From Azolla caroliniana (lineage: Eukaryota > Plantae > Polypodiophyta): 6,414 bases of DNA. The notes below the pieces were generated by a model. It saw only the letters and a list, made by a program, of their open reading frames with translations, had not been told where the DNA came from and did not search any database. This document shows, piece by piece, positions 1 to 6,414 of this stretch. Numbering within the stretch: position 1 is the first letter of the stretch; every line of letters begins with the position of its first letter. Where the stretch lies: assembly GCA_043228905.1 (NCBI GenBank), contig JBHGNT010001501.1:1-6414 (forward strand), in the 5' to 3' direction. The translations under genes were made by a program, and so were the position numbers.

Positions 1-915
1 CCCCATTTGATGTCTGGTCTCGTGTTTCTTAATGCACACCGTCTGTCCGAGACCTGTACCGAAGCATTCATTGCTCGACTGTTTCGAACAAGTAATCGGA
101 AAGGGTTTATTCGAGCTTTCTCCGACAGACCACAAGCAATGATCGGTGGATTCTCCAAAACGGAGCGCATTATGAGGAGCCTCTATGTAAGAAAGCTTCA
201 GCTTTGGCCCCGGTTTCACATTTCCATTTCATCTGCTTTGGAAGAACACCCGCCTGTCGTCATTGACCTTCGTGTCCCACTCACCCCATCGATGCAAGGT
301 ATCAACTCGGCCATTCTCGAAGTTATGGATGCTTGTTTGAAAGAGTTAAGGAAAACTAATAAGATCGATGTTGAGGATTTAACAATTGAGAATGGTCTCT
401 TCAAGTCTTTTGATGAGATTGTTAGAAGACAACTCGATCCAATATGGCATACTCTCGGAAGGAAGACTAAACAACTTGTTTCAGATTTGAAGACATTGAG
501 AAAGCTTGCGGTTTATCTTGTAAGGTATGACGCTATTACATTCTTGAAGTATTTGGACACTTTGCGTGCCTCTGCCGATGCCCGATCGGTATGGATTTTT
601 GCAAATCCAAGCCATAAGATATTTGAACTTGCTAAGAAGAGGGTATTCCAAGTCATTCGGACAAATAATGCGGATAACCCTATTTTGCCTTTGGATAACA
701 AAGGCGTCAAAAATAAAAAGAGCAAGCATAATGCTGTTATAGTAGGAGATGAAGGGAGTAATGATGGTAAACGGAGAAAGTTGAATGAAAATTCCAATCA
801 GGAAAGAGTAGCCAAAGAAGGGATTGGTGTAGCGAGAGAGTCTGATTCGACCATTAAACAAGGTGTTGAAGTTGTTGTAATGGCGGAGGAAATGCCAAAG
901 TGGAAGGCCTTGAAT
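1..915 (+). CDS. UVH1: UVH1/XPF first visible exon (5'-truncated); N-terminal inactive SF2 helicase-like region
   Basis: Frame 1 is open from base 1 ([13 protein letters not shown]...) to ...[10 protein letters not shown]. The donor AAT|GTGAGT is at 916, and the ORF-track tail [13 protein letters not shown] is intronic microsatellite read-through. Confidence 0.93.
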
Positions 916-3900
916 GTGAGTGTTGTCTCGATCTATCTATCTATCTATCTATTATAATTCATAGAAGAAATGCTTAAATAGAAGGATATTACATATGTAA
1001 GTGCTTTGTACTTGGGAAATGTTTGTTTCTATGAGCTGCAAAAAACTTGGGTGGTCTGGAGAGTATGTAACTACATGAAACCCAGAAAAGGTTTCATGAA
1101 AAATTGATTGCTCAACCAATACAAAATACAATAGTCTCAACCAATACAAAATACCTATTGTGAACAGGCCCCTCATAAAATTCGGATCAGGCAAGGAAGA
1201 AATAAAAAAACAGGATTACATTGAAAATTTGTGAATGAAGTTCTTAGAACAAAATTTGACATTCCATTTGATTGTACTGAAATTTTCCCTTAGAACAAAA
1301 AGTTTGTATATTCCGCTGAAGGTGTGGCCCCCCGTTGGAAGTAGTTTATTTTTCTACCCTTGAAATTGAACCGGTGGTACCTAATGCAACAATGATGCTT
1401 GTTAGGCACCACCACAACCTTGCAGTTTTATCCTATAACAATTCAACTTGAAAGGTTTAACTTTTTAACATCCGTATACTGTGAGTGTATGCATATATAT
1501 ATAACTTTCTAGAAGCTATTCCCATTGTTTTCGAAGTAGTCACCCATAAAATAATAGAGGGATACCTGTAAATTTTCACCATTTTAAAAATGGGGTAGAT
1601 ATTATAAAGCCACTTCTCATAGATTTAGCCTGTAAAATAAAATATACCTCCAGTTTTTGTGGGCCTTTTGCCATAACCATGGGAAGATTTTAAGGAACCA
1701 GCCTCGGCCCTAGCCCTAATTGATGTCTTGTATGCAGGAGGTGTTAGAGGAGATTCGAGGGGAGTTTGAAGCTATGAAGACAACTAGGAGTGAGATATCT
1801 AATGACATGGAGTCTTGGGATGAATGCATGGGAACCATACTAATTGCTTGTAAGGATGAGCGAACATGCCTTCAGCTTCAAGATTGCATCAATAAAGGAC
1901 CCCAGAAGGTGCATACGGTTTATCATTTTCTTTGATACATCAAAATGTGTAGTCTCTTGTGTTGGGATCTTAATTCCAGTTGAGTTGATACTTCATGCTT
2001 ACATCCACCGCATGGATGATGTAGCAAGAAATATTTTCGCACATAAAAGCTCTGGCTTTTACTCAGAATTGAGTGACACTAACATGACCCAAATGGTACT
2101 ACAATTACTATGCAGCTCATGAATGAAGAATGGGAGAAGTATCTCCTAGGGAAGGCAGAGCTACATGGCATGCACACAAGAAAGAAAAGAACACCGTCGG
2201 TTATGAAAGGTGTTGGAGTGTTGAATGGTGGGAAAAACTTATCAAAGGAAGTCGGGAACTCGTCTTCGAGGCAAGAAGAAGATGCACTCCTTGCTGCTGC
2301 AACTGAACTTACGTCGTCACATGAGGACGCCCGAGGAGGACAAAGTAGAAGAGGAGGTGGTCGGGTACGTGGGCGAGGTCGAAGAGGGGCCCTATCTGGG
2401 AGAGGAAAACAAAGTAAGAAGCTTGATGGGGATATTAGTACATTTGCACATGTTTCAACATCTATAAAAGACTCATTGACAATCAAAGACGATGGTAATG
2501 CATTTTCATGTGTTTCTACCTCTGTAAAAAATGTTTCAACCTTGGCAAGCATTGCTACTGCTGCTGTTGCTTCAACTATCACTACTACAACTACCGCCGC
2601 CGCCACCACCACCTTGAGTGGCGATGTTCTCGAAGAAGGAAATGCTGCGGCTGAAGAGAGAATTGATGAGGTCTCGAATGCAGGAAGACCTTCCCCTCCT
2701 CTCCATTTCTATGCTCTTGAAAGCGAACAACGAATTCTCGACATCTTGAAGCCATCCTTTGTGATACTTTATGACCCTGACATGGCGTTTGTTAGGGACA
2801 TGGAAATATACAAGGCCGAGAATCCTCTGAAGTCCCTCAAAGTCTATTTTCTTTTTTATGATAACTCTGTGGAGACACAAAAGTTTGAGGCTAGCATACA
2901 GAGGGAAAACAATGCTTTCGAATCCCTTATTAGACAGAAGGCCACGATGATGATACCGATGGATCAGGTATATATATATATATATATATTGTACAGCTTA
3001 CATTAGTGTTAATCACATTAAGAAGGGTCTGCAAGATGTAGATCGTAAAATCTATGATTATTAAGGAAAGGTCTTTTGAGGAGTGAAAATTATGCTTTAT
3101 TATCATATAGAGAGGTTGATGCATGATATAAATTTAGGCAATAGAATATTGGGTAAATGTAGGATTTCTATTTCCTTTATGATTGTAGAGGCTATATTCG
3201 AAAGGCACTCCTTCAGTTGATCATGTATACCAATTCTTTGGCCTTTTCATGAATGCCTCAAATTCGTAAACTATGCATTTTTCAGCAAGAGAAGAGAGTG
3301 AAGTAATAGTTGAACTCTAATATTAATAGGATGGGCGGCTACTCGATGCTAGTGCAAGTTCTCCATCTCCAAATTACAATGCGAATTCCATCACGAGAAA
3401 GGCTGGAGGCAGAAAGGGTCCAGAGAAGCAAATGCAGGTTTTAAGAGTTAATTGCAACATCATTCAAATTTTATGTGTTTTTCAGTTAATTATTTAAAAT
3501 TTATGCATCACTGTTTTTTGTGATTGTTTTTTCAGATAATTGTGGATATGAGAGAATTTGGAAGTAGCCTGCCTTGTGTCCTCCACCAACAAGGCATGAC
3601 GATTCTTCCCATAACTCTGGAGGTTGGAGATTATATCCTATCGCCTGATATATGTGTGGAACGGAAGAGTATAATGGACTTATTTGCGAGCTTTTCATCA
3701 GGTCGGCTATATCACCAAGCAGAAACAATGACACGCTACTACAAAATACCTGTCCTACTGATCGAATTCTCCCAGGATAAGAGCTTCTCCTTTCAGGTAG
3801 TCTAATTGTTCTGAGAAGTCATAGTTTCAGGATAGTGGTTCACAATGTGCTTTTCAAATAAATGTCTTGGTACACATGAAAATTTGAGTACTTGAGATAT

Positions 3901-4838
3901 GGGGTTTTTCATACAGTCCGCAAATGATGTTGGAGAGGATATTGTGCCCACAAACATTGTATCAAAGTTGTCCCTATTGGTCCTTCATTTCCCACGACTT
4001 CGTATAGTATGGTCGAGAAGCCTGCATGCTACTGCGGAGATCTTCTTGACTCTAAAATCCAACCAAGATGAACCAGATCTGGATAAGGCAATGCGAGTCG
4101 GTGTTCCGACTGAAGATGGTCTGATTGAAGGTGATCTCAGGTAATGCTCTCTTCCTTTAGCTTTGTATATGAGATAGTAGATGATTCGATCAAAAACATA
4201 GGAACGGAATATTTGTGAACATTTGCACGTATGTGATGATATTCAATTAAAAGAAATAGGGGGTAAAAGCTTTCCCACGCCCATTGGTTTTTAATGTTTT
4301 GGGACACTTACTGATCATTTTCTTGTAATCAAGTTTTTTGAAAGATCTGAGGAAATATACACGATTGGTAAGAATTTACTGGTAATATCCACCTGAAAAG
4401 AATAAAAGATTTCAACAGAATCCATGAGAATTTAAGAATTTGTGGGTAATATCTTCTGGGAATAAACTAATGAAAATTCATACGTTTTTAGGGTTTCATA
4501 AGCTAAACCTCCTCTCCCTATTCTCTATATGCATATGTAGTGAGTCCTAGGGATTTATTTTTTTTATTGTTCTTTTTCTGACCTATGGGATTTCTTACAA
4601 AATCTGTGTGCGTAAATTTGATTCCAGGGCAGAGAACTACAACACCACAGCAGTTGAATTGTTAAGAAGGCTTCCTGGAGTTACTGATGCAAACTATCGA
4701 TCGTTGATGGACAGTTGTGAAAGTCTTGCAGAGCTTGCTTGTGTACCTTTGGAAAAGCTTTCGGAGCTCATGGGTGGCCAACGTCCCGCCCGAATGTTGC
4801 GTGACTTTCTCGATGCAAAGTACCCAACTCTTGGCTGA
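1..4838 (+). CDS. UVH1: DNA repair endonuclease XPF/ERCC4/RAD1 homolog (plant UVH1), 5'-partial, 7 exons: join(<1..915,1738..1908,2116..2967,3330..3437,3536..3796,3917..4140,4628..4838)
   Basis: The spliced translation carries motifs I recognise from plant XPF: [105 protein letters not shown]. All six introns are GT..AG with consistent phases (0,0,0,0,0,2). The joined length of 2742 nt is divisible by 3 and ends in TGA at 4836-4838. The frame is open from base 1, so the start codon lies upstream of the window. Confidence 0.96.
931..952. repeat. (ATCT)5 tetranucleotide microsatellite in intron 1
   Basis: Read directly: ATCTATCTATCTATCTATCTAT, starting 15 nt after the donor site. Confidence 0.9.
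1111..1154. repeat. Tandem duplication with 25-bp period (19-bp identical core CTCAACCAATACAAAATAC)
   Basis: Identical copies at 1111-1129 and 1136-1154. Confidence 0.85.
1738..1908 (+). CDS. UVH1: UVH1/XPF exon 2 (EVLEEIR...[17 protein letters not shown])
   Basis: Acceptor TATGCAG ends at 1737, with a CTAAT branch-like motif at 1716-1720. Donor AAG|GTGCAT is at 1909. The exon is 171 nt, phase 0/0, and continues PKWKALN-EVLEEI as in XPF homologs. Confidence 0.9.
1909..2115 (+). other. Intron 2 (207 nt, GT-AG, phase 0)
   Basis: GTGCAT...CTAAC...TATGCAG. Confidence 0.88.
2116..2967 (+). CDS. UVH1: UVH1/XPF exon 3 ([10 protein letters not shown]...ATMMIPMDQ), including a low-complexity linker and the end of the helicase-like region
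   Basis: Acceptor TATGCAG ends at 2115, with CTAAC at 2079-2083. Donor CAG|GTATAT is at 2968. The exon is 852 nt and contains the conserved HFYALESE...[21 protein letters not shown] and [13 protein letters not shown] blocks. Confidence 0.92.
2554..2613 (+). repeat. Compound in-frame trinucleotide repeats (GCT/ACT/GCC/ACC) encoding an Ala/Thr-rich tract
   Basis: gct act gct gct gtt gct ... act act aca act acc gcc gcc gcc acc acc acc translates as [20 protein letters not shown]. Confidence 0.75.
2968..3329 (+). other. Intron 3 (362 nt, GT-AG, phase 0)
   Basis: GTATAT...TAATAG. This acceptor is the one that keeps TRKAGGR in frame and gives the homolog-like DQ-DG junction. Confidence 0.85.
2969..2988. 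repeat. (TA)10 microsatellite overlapping the intron 3 donor site
   Basis: Read directly: the G of the donor GT at 2968 is followed by ten TA units. Confidence 0.92.
3330..3437 (+). CDS. UVH1: UVH1/XPF exon 4 ([36 protein letters not shown]), not in the ORF track
   Basis: Translated by hand: 108 nt, 36 codons, containing the XPF-conserved TRKAGGR motif. Acceptor AATAG ends at 3329 and donor CAG|GTTTTA is at 3438. It joins exons 3 and 5 in frame. Confidence 0.9.
3438..3535 (+). other. Intron 4 (98 nt, GT-AG, phase 0)
   Basis: GTTTTA...TTTTTTCAG, strongly T-rich. Confidence 0.9.
3536..3796 (+). CDS. UVH1: UVH1/XPF exon 5; ERCC4 nuclease core
   Basis: Acceptor TTTTTTCAG ends at 3535 and donor CAG|GTAGTC is at 3797. 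The 261-nt exon encodes IIVDMREF and the catalytic [14 protein letters not shown] motif (3626-3667), followed by SGRLYHQ and LLIEF. Confidence 0.95.
3797..3916 (+). other. Intron 5 (120 nt, GT-AG, phase 0)
   Basis: GTAGTC...ATACAG, joins SFSFQ to SAND. Confidence 0.9.
3917..4140 (+). CDS. UVH1: UVH1/XPF exon 6; C-terminal part of the ERCC4 domain
   Basis: Acceptor ATACAG ends at 3916 and donor CAG|GTAATG is at 4141 (phase 2). It encodes [36 protein letters not shown]. Confidence 0.93.
4141..4627 (+). other. Intron 6 (487 nt, GT-AG, phase 2)
   Basis: GTAATG...TTCCAG, joins EGDLR to AENYN. Confidence 0.9.
4628..4838 (+). CDS. UVH1: UVH1/XPF terminal exon; HhH2 (ERCC1-dimerisation) region
   Basis: Acceptor TTCCAG ends at 4627. 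The split codon AG|G gives Arg, then [27 protein letters not shown]...[13 protein letters not shown] and TGA at 4836-4838. Confidence 0.93.
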
Positions 4839-5728
4839 CACACATGCACACACAATTGTGTTAAGACTGTCAGAAAACTAAATTGATTGTGTTGTCTGCT
4901 TCTGCTCAAATATAATTGCATTAAATTTCTCAAGCAACAGGAAAGTACAAGAATGGATCTTTCTTTCAGGCAAACTTCACATTCACTTTTCTGAGCAGAA
5001 GATGACAATATTATTTAAACAATATTACCATCTTTCAATTGGAAATAGGAGAAGAAAGTTACATGCGTTAGTGATGAAATCAATGGGCAGTTTGAAAAAG
5101 AAAAACTGAAGTAGAAGATACAAGCTATATTCTTCATGTAGCGAAGAGAATCAATCAATGGTGCTTTGTATCCTACAAAGGATTTCACAATGGTGGTTGG
5201 GAAAGCTAAAAAGACCCTCCATGCCTTAAATGAATCGAAGTAGAAGATGACAGCTAGTGACATGTATATAACAAAAGGAATCAATGGTGGTTGGAGAAGA
5301 AGAGCTTTCCTTTATTTACAATTACTGGAAAATGTAGAAGAACAAAGTTGGTTATATGAACCCAGCACAGATATCAGTGGGTGATTTCCATGCTTACATG
5401 AAGTCAAGCAGATAGAAGAAAGCTAGTTATATGCACAATGTCATCATGAAAACGTTCTTGGATTATAATTGGGCATGTTTGGCTAAGGTAACAGATGGAG
5501 AAACCATCATACATGCTTTTGGAAAGGGGATCTATTGGATTGCTCAACTATCTTGAGAATCTCTTTGTAAACTCGAGCTATTGAATAGAGTTAGCTTCGG
5601 CAAACTATTGTCATATTGTCATCATTTAAGAGATTGCTATGAGACAGATGTAAGTTCCCTTTGCATGTCCTGGTTGGTGAGGTTTCCAATGCTCAAATTT
5701 TTGCGATGAAGGATCTATTGGGGTCGTC

Positions 5729-5796
5729 GTGGAAGTGACTCTGATGGTAGATCATTGAGCACTCAGAAGTACAGGTTTGAATCCCACCCCTTGCCA
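5729..5796 (+). mobile_element. Possible degenerate tRNA-derived element (SINE head or tRNA pseudogene)
   Basis: A-box-like TGACTCTGATGGTAGA at 5736-5751 and B-box-like GGTTTGAATCC at 5774-5784 (one C>T change from GGTTCGAATCC), followed by CACCCCTTGCCA. There is no intact cloverleaf. Confidence 0.35.
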
Positions 5797-6414
5797 GATA
5801 TTTGATTAATATGTTGAAATCTCTCTATGGAGGGGAAATCAGTCCTCACAATTTTCAATTGCGAATATACTCGACACAACCCTCTGTTAAATCACAATGG
5901 TGGTTACAAAATTCCGCACCAAGCATGCTTTCTGCAATTATCCATGAAGAAAATAAATTCAAGGGAGGTCAATTATTTCAAATCACAATGGCGGTTATAA
6001 ATCCCACCCTTCAGTTTCTGGCGAATAGAATGAAAATTGCATGAGATTCATGATATTTAAACACATTTACATTGGGTGAGAAGAGATTATAATAAAAAAG
6101 AGTTTGGAGGTGAGGATATCATTACTCTAAGTGTGGCAAGTCTATTTATCACACTTCTCTCCCATTACTTATACATGGTGGCTCATCTTTTCCTTGTATT
6201 GGTTTTAAGGAGGATTGAACATTTGAGCTATTGTATTGTTTGCCTCAATTTTCTTCTTCCCACTTTATCTTCTGATGATCACTTACAACAAAATCCCAAC
6301 CTATTCCAAAACTTTGACACTTGGCTCTGTCCATTTGTACACACCACATCATTAAGATGTGTTATTGATGATACTTTACTTGGCTCGTGTACTATTGCAA
6401 GAGTTCATTGTCAT

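Larger units (their letters stand above)
916..1737 (+). other. Intron 1 (822 nt, GT-AG, phase 0)
   Basis: GTGAGT...TATGCAG, AT-rich, interrupts a conserved protein segment. Confidence 0.9.

Noticed and set aside
7-12. TTG/ATG at 7-12 as the gene start
   Set aside because: The frame is open from base 1 and the peptide corresponds to an internal part of the XPF N-terminal domain, so the true start is upstream of the window.
216-861. Minus-strand ORFs 216-404, 481-861 and 513-797
   Set aside because: They lie entirely opposite a well-conserved XPF exon and have no family motifs.
1166-1666. Possible MITE terminal inverted repeats (AGGCCC...GGGCCT) in intron 1
   Set aside because: Only about 6 bp match cleanly and there is no convincing target-site duplication.
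952-2122. ORFs 952-1194 (-) and 1844-2122 (+)
   Set aside because: They are short, largely intronic or out of frame with the exons, and have no recognisable similarity.
2079-2612. 177-aa minus-strand ORF with a hydrophobic Val/Ala N-terminus
   Set aside because: It is the antisense shadow of exon 3. The poly-Val/Ala and Pro/Arg tracts are reverse complements of the ACT/GCC and RGG codon runs, and there is no recognisable domain.
4487-4496. Telo-box or plant telomere-like TTTAGGGTTT
   Set aside because: It is a single copy deep in intron 6 with no array or promoter context.
1-4838. Reading the fragmented ORFs as a pseudogene or a multi-gene prokaryotic operon
   Set aside because: Canonical GT-AG introns join all pieces into one uninterrupted frame with intact catalytic motifs.
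5528-5721. 11-bp direct repeat GGATCTATTGG (5528-5538, 5711-5721) as a target-site duplication
   Set aside because: I saw no terminal inverted repeats or poly-A tail between the copies, and they do not flank the tRNA-like element.
5729-5796. Functional tRNA gene
   Set aside because: The acceptor and T stems pair poorly, there is no 7-nt anticodon loop and the B-box is mutated. It is kept only as a possible degenerate remnant.
5108-6009. Spaced direct repeats as a CRISPR-like array
   Set aside because: The repeats are short, degenerate and irregularly spaced, the context is eukaryotic, and no cas genes are present.
4662-6044. ORFs 4662-4853 (-), 4694-5008 (-), 5015-5284 (-) and 5802-6044 (+)
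   Set aside because: They are short, have AT-driven composition and no motifs, consistent with chance ORFs in UTR or intergenic DNA.

Overview
Eukaryotic, plant-type genomic DNA. Bases 1-4838 (+) hold a 5'-truncated, seven-exon gene for the XPF/ERCC4/RAD1-family DNA repair endonuclease (plant UVH1). The model is join(<1..915,1738..1908,2116..2967,3330..3437,3536..3796,3917..4140,4628..4838): 2742 nt, 913 aa plus TGA, all six introns GT-AG and the frame intact. It includes an inactive SF2 helicase-like region, an ERCC4 nuclease domain with GDxnERK, and a C-terminal HhH region. The 108-nt exon 4 is missing from the ORF track. The remaining ~1.6 kb is non-coding, with degenerate repeats and a possible tRNA-derived (SINE-like) remnant. 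I see no convincing novel biological system. The best leads are competing splice acceptors that would truncate the protein before the nuclease domain, a repeat-expanded RGG/Thr-Ala linker, and the tRNA-like element.
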